Source: Paraspadella gotoi (Eukaryota; Animalia; Chaetognatha). Taken from it: a stretch of 64,000 nucleotides of DNA. The DNA lies in contig CM119264.1 in the NCBI GenBank assembly GCA_051294375.1, positions 284,148-348,147 of the forward strand. Reading direction: 5' to 3'. Below, one piece after another: positions 52,490 to 63,873 of this stretch (positions are counted from its first letter, which is position 1; each line of letters opens with the position of its first letter). Made by a program: the position numbers and the translations under genes. A model generated the notes under the pieces. It was not told where the DNA came from. It did not search any database and was given only the letters and a program-made list of their open reading frames with translations.

Positions 52490-53346
52490 CCCAGGTATTT
52501 TTTGAATATAATTAACTCTTGACGAAGATGTCATAAATCTATGAGGTTCCCGTACAAGTCCGACTGAATGGTTATCTCTTTGATATGTTCGATCTGATGG
52601 ATTATTGTGGAAAGGAACTGAGTACTGTCCTTCGTTGGCCTGGCTTGAAGCGGGGCACCCACCCGTAAAATGTTCAACTTGTCAACCGTTAAAATGACGC
52701 CCGTTGGACACTGAGCAATAGACAGCGAAGCAGTCGATCAGTTGCACCTACTTCTGTATAAAAATGATCCGTGCCCTGAGGCCGTCTCCATGGACCTGTT
52801 TTTCTTTGAACCTTCTTTAATAATTTACCGTCCTCTGTTCGTACTCGAGGAGTCGGCTTCTTTTGCGATCCTAACAGGGTGAAAAATTTTTTGCTGTCCT
52901 CTTCCGTGGACATGACGCCAGTAATAGACTAATTATGATGAATTTTTAATAAAAATAATATTCCTTTGTAGTGAAACCAAAAACAAATTACTTATCGGGT
53001 CGAAAGGAAAATTTGATACCCTTCAATCGTGGGACGTGCTGCATATAACGTGATTTAGCGCCGATATTAAATGTTCCGAAGGAATCGTAATAACCGCTTT
53101 CGATCTCTGCCTCTATCGTCTTGCCGTACAACCGGGACTATTTTTTTGTCCTCGAACAAAAAATCAAAATTCGAAAATTCATGCGTTTCCACGTTCGAAT
53201 TTCTTTGACGAAGGAAATTTCTGATAAAGCGACCCAGTATGTTCGTCCAGTAAAACGTGTGGAGTCGGTTGACGAAGGACGATGCTTTATTATCTTGAAC
53301 AAGGCGGTGCCGCAACTATCGATATCACCTCCACTGAGAACTCCAT
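52490..53346 (-). CDS. Maverick minor capsid protein (penton, PX-like)
   Basis: N-terminus MEFSVEVIS...QDNKASSFVNRL...WVALSEISF (cf. FYxxLxSN...NxxSxFxxxL..WEVALxEI). C-terminus EVGATDRLLR and IHQIE...SDLYGNLID (cf. VGD...LLR and IxIxDxxGxxIxF). Confidence 0.8.
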
Positions 53347-53355
53347 GTTTTTTGA

Positions 53356-54454
53356 TTAAATTTTGGTAATCTTTTCCGTTGAGCCACAGAGAAGGTTCGG
53401 TGCCAAAACCGATTTAACGTTTAATATCCGTTTCTTTGCCAATTACCGATTTTTTCTTAGGGCTTTCCGCCGACCTCTCTCTCCTTGAGATAGTTAGTGA
53501 ATCCCTCGTGTCCAAATCGTCTCCTTTTAAGACCAAACTGAGTTCCTTTCGTATAAGATCGCATCGTATCTTCCACCTTGTACGTGGAGGAACGCTGGAA
53601 ACGAGTCTCTCTTATTTTATGGATGATGGACTGAACGCCGGGTAGTAACCGCGGTAAAATTTGCCAGATCGTCCTTGATTACCCTGACGAAATCCCCACC
53701 TCGAACTTGAGTTTTTTGTTTTGTATTTCTCTCTCTCGTCTCTCGCTTCTTTGTATGACGAGCACGTATTCTATGTTGGCGTCGCCAGAAATATATTCGT
53801 CCGGGCCAATTAAAAGGTTTGGCGTCGGGGTGGGCGTTGTAACTTTCCACCAGCGGTTGTAAGACGTCCGAACCATCTGAGGGGTCTTTCGGGCGGTGAA
53901 AATATTTATGGATCGCTCCCTCCAGGGTTCTTAGAATCTTTCGCACATGACGTTTTAGCGGACTTTTGGTGTTGTATAATTAATCAGGTTCGTCTTTGGA
54001 AATAATTTTCAGACTCGTGAATTCGCGTCCCTTGGTCGCTCCTCAGGTTTCTGGCGTCTCCTTTGTCCCTTCGAATATGGGTCGAAAGCCGTCTTCATAT
54101 TCACCGTCGTCTTGCGGTGAATGGGTCGGCACATGGCGCGGCAGAAAAGAATCCACGCAGCAAAGAATGAATAATGTCCGGAATTAATTTGGATATTTCT
54201 ATGAGAGAGAGGAGGTCGGCGTTCCACGTGTCGTTCACGTAAAGTTTCTTCATAGTTCGTCTTTCGAATTTTATTCTCCTAGGTTTATGTAACGAATATG
54301 GTCGGTTGAGTAAATAACCAATCTCGAACCTGTTTATTTGTTACTTTCCCTCCTTCTTTCTTCAATCGATCCGTGAAGGGTCTTCAAGTTGAATATCTCC
54401 CCACTTTCTTTTGGTTCGTAATAATTTTGAGCTTCTCATAAAATATTTTTCCAT
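53356..54454 (-). CDS. int: Maverick retroviral-like DDE integrase with C-terminal chromodomain-like segment (frameshifted)
   Basis: Joined reading YYEPKESG..KQVRDWLFTQPTYSLHKPRRIKFERR..VNDTWNADL (D1), ILCCVDSF..AMCRPIHRKTT, NLRSDQGREFTS (D2), VMCERFLRTLEGAIHKYF (E), DVLQPLVESYNAHP, KLKFEVGDFVRV, YEKELSLV, then LNVK.xGFGTEPSLW. Partly visible in ORFs 54009..54227, 53617..53946 and 53679..53876. Confidence 0.93.
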
Positions 54455-54455
54455 T

Positions 54456-55371
54456 TTTTCCTGAGTCTGACTCCGGGTTGAATTTTTTCTTTCCCGACTC
54501 CTCTTGCGGCTTTTTTCCTTTCTCCTCCTTTTCGGATTTTTTTCCTTTTCGCGCTGTCCATTTTTGTTCGATGGTTCTTCGAACGACTCTTCGGAGTTAT
54601 GTAGCCGGCAACTCTTTAAATGGTTCGTCGGAATCGCTGTCCTCGTATCGGGCGCCGCCCCGCGTTAAAATGTAACTGCGGATCTGGATTCGGGGCGGGT
54701 CGGGGACGCTAAGTTCGTGGGCGGTTACATCTCCTCTCTCTCTCGCAAGCGTCCCGTTAAATTTGTTTCGCTTCTGTGTTATAAATAAAATCTTTCTTTT
54801 GGGGTCCTGTTCTACTATAGTTCCAGCAAATCATTGACGGGGTGTGTCACTTTTCTCGCTCTAACGAGGTCGTCGATGATCTCTTTGGTTTCTCCGGATA
54901 ACGCGTTCCGTTCACGATTATTTTGTATCGGTTTATAAGTAAATTGGAAAATGCTGGAGTCTGCGTAATAACCTTAAACCCTTAGACCGTATGCTGGCGC
55001 TAACGCTTGCGATATTAATTTCGCCACGTCTCTACTTTGTTTGTGTCTAACGCTGGCGGGGCGCTGCGTCGCGCGACTTCGCTTCTCTGGCTTCCCTGGG
55101 TGGAGTGGCGGGTCTTCCGTTCCGGGGCGACTCTGTTTCCCGTTACCGTATTCGATCAGGGGTCGACGAATGATGGGGTCTATACATTCCCCCAATTTAG
55201 TCCAGTTTGATTCTCTCGTTTTTTTTAAATATTTTATCCTCTATGAATTTTGTTATACTTTTGCATGATAATTCCGGCGTCTCCGGGCGGTAGCAGTCCC
55301 GTTTTTCTTGTTTTAAAAATCTATTGTATTGTTCCCTCGTCAACAGGTACATTTTTTTTGAAGCAACTCAT
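54456..55371 (-). CDS. Conserved Maverick ORF of unknown function between ATPase and integrase
   Basis: Starts MSCFKKMYLLTREQYNRFLKQ (KKMxL motif), has a low-complexity middle, then IVNGTRYPE..KEIIDDLVRARKVTHP (cf. the G..IPGSN..DL..D..R motif). Many frameshifts. Confidence 0.55.
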
Positions 55372-55373
55372 GA

Positions 55374-55685
55374 TTATTTTTTAAAGAGATATTTACGAGG
55401 GTGGGAATGAGCGGAGAGACGGATAATATACTCAGCCGCGACCTTTCTGCAGAACTGTCGCAAGATTTCGTTGATGGTTTCTTGAGACACAGAATTTTAT
55501 GTCCTTTTTATACTTTTTCAGTTTCTGTAGAGATTCGGGGTCTATTGAAAGTTGCCTCTGCTTATATTAAAACATAATTCGCAAATCGTTTAATAACGTT
55601 GGGTCTGCCTCTTTGATAAAATTTTTGTTGCTTAGTAGTTAATGAGGCAATGTATTCTAAAATGGGAATATTCTTTTAATTTCAT
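55374..55685 (-). CDS. Small conserved Maverick ORF (~100 aa, basic, ICE-C-N..GN and QKGxG-like motif)
   Basis: Frameshift-joined reading MKLKEY.PILEYIASLTTKQQK..IKEADPTLL..ICELCFNISRGNF...SLQKLKKYKKDI...LQKGRG. Resembles the small ORF commonly found beside the Maverick ATPase. Confidence 0.65.
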
Positions 55686-55700
55686 TTCTCTTTTTTTCTC

Positions 55701-56337
55701 TTATCGTTTTTTTCTCCCTCTACGTAGACGATGGGTGGCGTCGTATCGGACGGCAGGATGTTCGCGCGGAGGCGGCAAGATGGAAACTCTCGAGAAGAAT
55801 GATTATAGATGTTGGTAAGAGCCTTGCATGCGTCGTCGTACTGTCATCAAAAAAGATATTTATCCGGAAACACTGTCTGCTAGAGTCGTTATCCCATTCT
55901 GTCCCTCATGTACGGAAGTTATTTATATGTGTGTTCGAGAGACTATGGTAAAATTGGATGTTCTGTAGAACAAATCGTGTAGCAAAAAATTAAGGCGTGA
56001 ATCCTCTGTGATGCGATAATTTTGTCATCATCCTGCAGAGCTTCGGGTCGATGAGCGATCTGATCGTCCAGCACAACCACCGCCTTCTGTCCTCAATTCT
56101 CTTCGGAAATAAAACTTTTTGTCCGAAGCCTTCAATGAAATGATATTGTTGTGCGGAGGTTCGTGGAAACTCTTCGATCGCAGCATAAAATAGTAAATTA
56201 TGTCGGGGACATGGTAAGCAGCTTACCCGCGTTGCGTAAAAATGTAACAAACGTCTTTTTCCCGACCCCCGATGCGCCGACTATGGCGATATGGACCCGA
56301 ATGGGATGCGAAGATCGTAGAGTCGCCCCTATTCCAT
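55701..56337 (-). CDS. Maverick FtsK/A32-like DNA-packaging ATPase (frameshifted by sequence errors)
   Basis: Manual translation across frameshifts: YDLRIPFG.IAIVGASGVGK (Walker A), KAVVVLDDQ (Walker B), MMTKLSHHRG (ORF 55990..56250; cf. the FTKxSHHRN motif), SLNTH..RD..TLA.QCFP, YDDACK, and C-terminal RLRANILPSDTTPPIVYV. Confidence 0.9.
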
Positions 56338-56344
56338 TTCGAAT

Positions 56345-56830
56345 TTAATAAATTAAGAATTTTTGTTTAATGTGGGAGTGGGTCGACACGTTGTTGGCCC
56401 GCGGTCTTGTAATTGTCTGAACTGTTAAATATTTTAGTGAATTTAATGCTCTCAGTAATTCCGTAATACCTGACCGTCGTCTTGTCTTTTTGAAATATTG
56501 TAGAAACAATTTATCCGTTGCCTCCGAAATTACTTTTATACCCCCGCGATTACCATTCGCATTTGTATTTTTTTCTGTAATGCCATAATTTCGTTTTGCA
56601 TCGTTGAATTTTATATTTGTGTCCTTGCTCGTTATCCATTCGTTTCGAAGCATTGCGCGTTTTATTTGTACATAGAGATAATTGTTTCTTATCTTAAGTT
56701 TTCATTTTCGAGTAATTTTTTTTCTAAACTCGTGATTATTCGTTGGTAAATCTGCCTATGGCTTCGTCTAGCTCGATTAAATTTTGCGGATCATATTACC
56801 CGTTTTTTTTTGGATGACAATGAAAAAATA
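56345..56830 (-). CDS. Unidentified Maverick ORF upstream of the ATPase
   Basis: 102-aa non-repetitive ORF 56345..56653 plus coding-like upstream sequence, co-oriented with the core genes. No motif recognised. Confidence 0.4.
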
Positions 56831-57192
56831 TTTCTAACGCTGTTCGAACGAAATTTAAAATCGGCGGGCGATGGTCACGCTTTTATAATTCTTTTTTGTA
56901 TTACCGCCTTCTGTCAGAGCGAATAAAGCTAATCTGTCGTTGTTGTTTTTTCTATATCCGTAAATTCAATATGAATAAACATAAACAATAGTTGTATGGT
57001 AAATAGCCTGGGGGGCCCGCATGTTGACGACGCGTCCCTTCTGCGCCGAAAAGTAAATACTGCCTCTGGTATGAGCTGTCAACAGGTTGACGAGTTTTGG
57101 AAGAATATGCGGGCCGCCGCGAGTTTAACCGAAAAGGGTAGGAACATGATGGTTCAGTGTATGTTCGCGCCGGGATGGAACAGACGCGGTAA

Positions 57193-57232
<40 letters not shown>

Positions 57233-57353
57233 ATGAAATGTCTGTTCGCGCAGGGATGGAACCGCGGGCATCATTTATCTCGCGCGCGCGTTTGACAGGT
57301 CGATTCGTGATTTGCTGGTGACCGACGGGACTGCGGTGCCAAATGCACCTACT

Positions 57354-57461
57354 GGAGGAGAGAAAAAAAAGAGAAGAAAAAAAAAAGCCAGAAACTGCTA
57401 CAGTTCCAAAGAAGAAAGAGACAGAGAGAAGAGCAGTACGGATACTATACAGCGATAAGAA

Positions 57462-57494
<33 letters not shown>

Positions 57495-60400
57495 GAAAGA
57501 GAGAAAGAGAGAGAGAGATAAAGAGAAGGAGAGAAAGAGCCAGCACAGATACGCGACAAAAGAGAGAGAGAGAGAGAATTAAAATAAATTTTGAAAAAGA
57601 AGAAAGCCCAGAGAGAGAAAGAGAGAATTATCTTTTGCAGAAAATAAGACTCGAGAGTAACCTTGAGTTATCACATCAACTTCACGTCGGAAAATTCACT
57701 CGGAAACTTCACTGAATCACGTGATCAACGAAAAAAAAACAGACAACAAAACGACGACAACAATAACATTACCTTCATCCATTTCTCTCCAACTAAGTAC
57801 AACGGAGTCCGTTTAAACCGACGAGAGTGTAGAGATAGAGAAGTACAGATGGCATTGACTGGCAGAGGAGCTGGCATCGACCAGCAGAGATAGTATTTAC
57901 ATGCAGAGGAGATGGCATTTACTGGCAGAGATGGTATTGACGGCATAGAGATGGCATTGGACTGTCAGAGAGATGGTATTGACTGACAGAGATGGCATTG
58001 ACTGGCAGTGGAGATGTCTTGACAGGCAGAGAGATGGCTTTTGACGACAGAGGAGAAGGCATAGACCGACCGAGAAGATGTCATTGACCTGACCAGGAGA
58101 TGTCATTGACGGACAGAGGAGATAGCATTCATTGGCTGAGGAGATGGCATTGACGGACAGAGGATATGTCATTGACTGAACAGAGGAGAAGGTACTTGAC
58201 CGACCGAGAAGCATGTCATTGACTGACAGAGAGATGTCATTGACGGATAGAGGAGATGTCATCAACTGGCAGAGGAGTGATGTCGAGTGATGGCATTGTC
58301 AGTAGTGTGATGAAATTGCCAGTCGAGCTATGGCATTGCCAGATGAGTGATGGCATTGTCAAATGAGTAATGGCATTTTTTCAAATGAGTGATGGGTTGC
58401 CAGTTTGAGTGATGGATTGCCAGTGAGCAATATCGTAGCCAGTCTAGTAATGGCATTGCAATCTGTGAATGGCATTGCCAGTCTAGTAATGGCATTACCA
58501 GGTCTAGTAATGGCATGCCAGTCTAAGTATTGGATTACCAGTCTAGTAATGGCATTGCCAGTCTAATAATGGCATTGCCAGTTAGTAATGGCATTACCAG
58601 TTAGTAACGGAATTGCCAGTCTAGTAATGGCATTGCCAGTTTAGTAATGGCATGCCAGTCTAGTAATGGCACCCTTGAATACGAAATATCTTTTTTTTTT
58701 GCGTCTCGAAAATTTTCGTGCTCGTCAGACAAAATCATTTTTTATTTCTTTCTTCCGCAAATTCGTTTTACTCAACCCTCCTCCCCTTGCCCTCACTTCA
58801 CTCCTATCAATTTGTGGTTCATTTCAATGAGATTGAGTTATTCAATCTATTTTACATATTTGTAGCAGTTTAGATTATTTCTCATATATTTTGATAATAT
58901 TTTTATAAAAATATATTTTAATATTTAACATACTTTTAATAGAGTTTAATAATAATTTAGTTTTCCAGTTTATCATCGCAGAGGAATCAAAGCTGTAAGT
59001 AAAGAAATCGAAGTAGAATGGAACCCTCTCATTGGCCAGGAGACAAATGGAACCAGCCAATGACCAGATGGGCTTTTTCCCACGATGATATTTTACTTTT
59101 ACCTCCGATCCGATGGAACTGTATAAATGGGACAAATTGTATGATTTATTCTGCCTGGAAATTGACACCGTCTGTTGTTGTTTATCTTCTGATGAAATAA
59201 ATTCCATTCTGGTTCAAATTTAAATCCCTGTCTACTACTTAAATGTGTGGAAGCGTAGGATTCGAACCACGCTCCCCTTTTTTAGTCGGATCGGCTTAGC
59301 AGCAGATGCCGACTCTAATAATTCCACTTTTGTCGGTCGGTCCATCCACCCCAAAATCTTGTCGTAAATCATTTTATCATATCAGAACTCGAATTATGAT
59401 AGATTTTGTAAAAAAATGATGCCTATTCCGTCTATCCGTCCGTCCCCCTTAGCAATAATATCAATTGTCCAATTGACAAAATTATACAGTTGACCAAAAT
59501 TATGGCGGTTGACCAATTATGCCAATGATCAAATTATGCAAGTGACCACATTTTGCAAGTTGACCAAATTATACAAGTTATACAAGTTATACAATTATAC
59601 AAGTTGATTGCTTGATTGATTTATTGAGTGACCAAATTATGCCAGTTAACCAATTATGGCGGTTGACCAAATTATGCCTGTTGACATATATTATGCCAGT
59701 TGACCAAATTATGCAGTTGCCAAATATGTCAGTTGAGCAAATTATGTCAGTTGAGAAAATTATGGCCAGTTAACCAAATTATGCCAGTTGACAAATATGC
59801 CTTAGACCAATTATACCAGTTGACCAAATAATGTCCATTGACCAGTTCCCGTTGACTAAAAATGCAAGTTGATTAAATTATACAAGTTGATTAAATTATG
59901 CAAGTTGACCAAATTATGCCAGTTGCCAAATTATGGCAGTTGACCAAATTAAGCAAGTTAACCAAATTATGCCAGTTGACAAAATACGCCATTGACCAAA
60001 TTAAGCAAGTTAACCAAATTATGCCAGTTGTCCAAATATGCCAGAAATTTATAAAAGACTCAAAAGCTGGATCAAGGTCAGATTCGTCATCTTCATCATC
60101 AGTGTCCCTTTCTAGCCATTGCATCTTTTTTCCTGATGGCTCTCTTTGCCCATTCTTGCCTAGATGGGAATCTTTTTGTGATTATTTCACTATAAATATC
60201 TTGGTAGAGAAGTTTTCTCTCTATTCGTTCTTTAGCTCGTAAAAATATTTTACGTATATATCCACTGTATCTCGGGAAAACGTCCATGATGATTTGAAGT
60301 TGAACTTGAGAAAATAAAAATTTAGAAAAATATTTCAATACTTCACTTTCCACGAAATCTGTCTCTATGTTTGAAGTTTATTTGTGTCTATTTCCATGAG

Positions 60401-62090
60401 ACGTTTTCGGGCTGGTCTTCAAGGATCTTTGATCGTCTTGCGATCTCGTCGTAGACCTCCGCGTATTGAGGTTTTATTTCTTTTGCTTCCATTGCACGTC
60501 GACGTCGACTCTCCAATTCGCAGATGTCCTTGTAGAGTTTCAGACGCCATGACTGACTTGCTGGATTTCATTCGTTCTTCTTTTTCCTCTCTCTTTCGTC
60601 TCGCTTTCAGTTCCCATTCTCTGAAGACGAGAGCTTCGACTCAATTTCTTCTTGATCGTTTCTATCAGCTTGACTCTCTCCCATTCTTTTCGAGATTTCG
60701 GACTGGATTCTTCAATGGATTTTTCCTGGGCCATTGAGCAAGGTAAGTATCTAAATAAACGTTTTAATGGTAAATGAAATTCGCCAAGAAAGAGTAAGTT
60801 CTAAATAAAGTTGATGGAATGAACAATCAGAAGTAGTTTAAATTTTATCTTTGGCGGAGTATGAGCGATAAGTCCGATTGACTTTAGTTTGGACGGCTTC
60901 TGAAATCTATGATGATGCGATTGAGTTCATTGATCGCGTCTGCGTGCAGTTTGCGCGATAATTGGGGCCTTTCCTCCGTCCATTATAATATCCATGACCG
61001 GTGGATTATCTTCTGGTGTTTCTCGGCCCATCATGTATACAGCTTCAAATTCTTCTTTGAGCGGCTCCGGAATGAAGTTTTAACTGCGGCGAGATGTTCA
61101 TCTGCCAAGGAGTCGAGGTAATCGGCGAACGAGTTGTCCGACATTATCTGGAAAGTGACTGAAGGAAAAAAAAGTATGTAATAAAAGAAATATTAACAAG
61201 AATAGTTCCTTGCTTTTTAATAATTCATTGGATCTGCAAGATGAAGGTTTATCATTATTTAATATGGGAACTGAGTAAATTTGTTCCAGAAGGATCCCAA
61301 ATCGTCCAAATGTTTCTCCTTCCATCATTGGAACAGATGTTGGAGGTTTGAGAACTCTCTCACGATCACGTAGATTTCCTCCAAGGCCTCCTTCTCGATG
61401 TGAGCAAAGATTTCCCGTCCTCTTCGGAGATCCACCCGATCGGGAGACGGCGGCGTGTCTCTTCGTCGACGGCGTTGTTCATCTTGATCTCCGTCCTTTC
61501 CTTCCATAGTTTATATTCGTTTTCGAAATCGTTTTAAACGAGGTGAAATATGTTCTTTTAAAATGTTCATATGTAATTCCCCTCAATTTGGATAATTCGA
61601 GAAGACATTATCTGAAAGATGGCTGAAAGAAATGTTTCAAAAATAACGAAATTGTGCAATTCAATGAAACGGTAAGTCTCTTTCACTTGGCGGTTTAAAA
61701 AAAAAATTTGATTAAAGTGAGTTCAGTTTTTCACTCTGTTTTCGAAAATCAACAATGATTTTTCTGAGTTTATCTCGTCTTCTCTTGTCGCTTCCGATAT
61801 CTCGAGCTTCTTGATCTTCTCCAGGCTTCTCGTTCTTGTTGAACAATGGTCGAATCTTCTTTGAACTCATGTAAAATTCGAAAGGAATTAGGTCAAACAT
61901 CGTTTTGAACATGACTCTGCGCGTAGCCATTTTAGGTGAAGCTAAAGGGGAAAAAATTAGGTCAATCAAGATTTTATGTTTTGTGTGTAATTGCTGAAGC
62001 CAAGAAAGAGAAATTAGGTCAAACATTGTTTTGAACATGGCTTTACATGTAATCGCCGAAGCTGAATTAGGTCAAGAAGGTAAAATCGTG
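57354..62090. other. Second copy of 38325-40939 followed by the reverse complement of 40965-43127
   Basis: Near-identical sequence with scattered indels. Confidence 0.9.
61712..61930 (-). CDS. Small helical protein, probable divergent paralog C (copy at 41123 +)
   Basis: MATRRVMFKTMFDLIPFEFYIEFKERFDH...EKIKKLEISEATREDEINSEK; shows IP..F..EF spacing like paralogs A and B. Confidence 0.5.
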   Translation of the reverse strand: MATRRVMFKTMFDLIPFEFYMSSKKIRPLFNKNEKPGEDQEARDIGSDKRRRDKLRKIIVDFRKQSEKLNSL

Positions 62091-62473
62091 AATAATTGAG
62101 TTTGTGAGATATTCGAGTCTCTTTAAAGGTAAAAAACGATTTATTTTACGTTTTTAATTTTTTATTTTGTTTTTTATTTTACTAATTTTATTTTTCTTTT
62201 CCAGGTCATCGTGGGAGCTCCAATTTCGTCGCGGGATCATCGACATCGCGGGATCACGACATCGTGAGATCATCAGCGTCGCGGGATCAGGTAAGTGTTA
62301 CTAACAGGTAAGTATTTGGTTTTCATTTTAATATTTTATTTCAGGACTTAACCTTTTTTTTTACAGGTCACCGACTTCAAGGATCATCGCGAAGGATTGG
62401 TCTTCGAGGGATCGCCGTGGGATTTGTCTTCGAGGGATCTCGCAGAGGATCGGGTAAGTATAACATTTTGCAG

Positions 62474-62650
62474 GATGGATCTTCGGCTTCTTCACTTCGC
62501 GGATGGATCTTCGGTCTTCACTTCTAGGATGGATCTTAGCGTCTTCACTTCGTGGGATGATCTCGGCTTCTTCACTTCGCGGGAATGGATCTTCGGCGTC
62601 TTCACTTCGCGGAATGGACATCTTCTGGCGTCTTCACTTCGCGGAGATCT
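62474..62650. repeat. ~27-30-bp tandem repeat GGATCTTCGGCGTCTTCACTTCGCGGA (~6 copies)
   Basis: Directly visible; the minus strand reads REVKTPKIHP or PRSEDAE repeats. Confidence 0.75.
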
Positions 62651-62934
62651 GCGCATCTCATTCGCGTGTCTGGCGGACTTCAGGATTGGATCTTCGCTTA
62701 CAGCAACCGTACTAGAGTGAGTAACGGTTGAGGCATCGGCCGGTCCTAAGCTATCCGAGACGGACGGCGGGACATGGCGGGACTCTCATCAATTGGAATT
62801 CCCTTACAAGAGGTAAAGTATTTTGAATATTTGATATAATTTTTTNNNNNNNNNNNNNNNNNNNNNNNNNTTAAAGGATTTGCCAAGAAAAATTTATGAG
62901 TTTGACGTACGCAAACGATTGAGACTTCCGACGT

Positions 62935-63114
62935 CGGTGTTTCGAGACTCGAGGCCGTCGCTTCGTTGACTGGGGTCGACGTTTCGTTGATTGGGGCCGA
63001 CGTTTCGTTGACTGAGGCCGACATTTCGTTGACTGAGGCCGACGTTTCATTGACTGAGGCCGACGTTTTGTTGATTGGGGCCGACGTTTCGTTGATTGGG
63101 GCCGACGTTTCCAT
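62935..63114 (-). repeat. 21-bp coding-frame tandem repeat (ETSAPIN/ETSASVN x~7) starting at an ATG
   Basis: Unit GTTGAYTGRGGCCGACGTTTC; ORF 62746..63114 begins METSAPINETSAPIN. Confidence 0.7.
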
Positions 63115-63573
63115 TTTTTCTCAATTTGAGAGAGAGAGAAAGAGTTTGTGGAGATATCTATTTTTGACTGAAAGTAGAGGTTAATCACATTTTTAGAAAT
63201 AAGAAGTTTTTGTTTCACAATAGATCAACACAATTTGAGTTATGAGTGAAAATATTTAATGTTTAAAATATCGAATTCCATCCTCAAAGGTGAGAATTGT
63301 TTTTGTCAAGCTGTTGATCTTTTAGGTAGCAACNNNNNNNNNNGTATATATTATAATTTGTATTTTATTTTCAGGAACATACGAAAAAGACTGGGCCGGA
63401 AGGGTTGCTCGGAGGAGGCGGTGGAGGAGGCGGTGGAGGCACTCCTTGAGCCGGTCGCTGACGGTGGTCACGAGGTGAGTTTGGTTATTAAGGCTTAAAC
63501 TGAAATCAAATCATGTATATATAAAAATGTGAATTTCACCAATGATTTATCATCGTTTTTAATGATTCAGAGT

Positions 63574-63873
63574 TCATCGATCTCCGAGGCGATCTTTCAC
63601 TGATGGAAGATGGATTGGTGGATTTCCGGCGGCTGTCCATGGTCCTTGGACGGGTCGAAATTCTTCAGCTTGTCCTCTCCCTTGGGCCAGATGTTCACGT
63701 CGGTCTTCGGGATTGGCTTCGGAGGTTTCCCTTTCCTTCATTGCATCAACTTCCTTTCTTATCCGCTTTAGTTCGTCTGCGATCAGTTCCGAGATTGGCT
63801 GAGAACACATCTCTGCCGCTTGAAATCTAGCACGAGGCGTCGCTTTCTCAAGTTCTTTTTTGGTATTTTCCAT
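63574..63873 (-). CDS. Small helical protein, upstream member of mini-gene cluster
   Basis: MENTKKELEKATPRARFQAAEM...ELIADELKRIRKEVDAMKERE; same strand and similar spacing as the cluster. Confidence 0.5.
   Translation of the reverse strand: MENTKKELEKATPRARFQAAEMCSQPISELIADELKRIRKEVDAMKERETSEANPEDRREHLAQGRGQAEEFRPVQGPWTAAGNPPIHLPSVKDRLGDR

Larger units (their letters stand above)
44995..57353 (-). mobile_element. Maverick/Polinton (adintovirus-like) element, left-truncated; right terminus at ~57353
   Basis: Co-oriented ATPase, integrase, penton and major capsid motifs in a Maverick-like gene set. Ends in ...CACCTACT (5'-AGTAGGTG on the minus strand; Maverick TIRs typically start 5'-AG). Host sequence matching ~38325 onward resumes directly after. 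Left boundary approximate. Confidence 0.9.
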
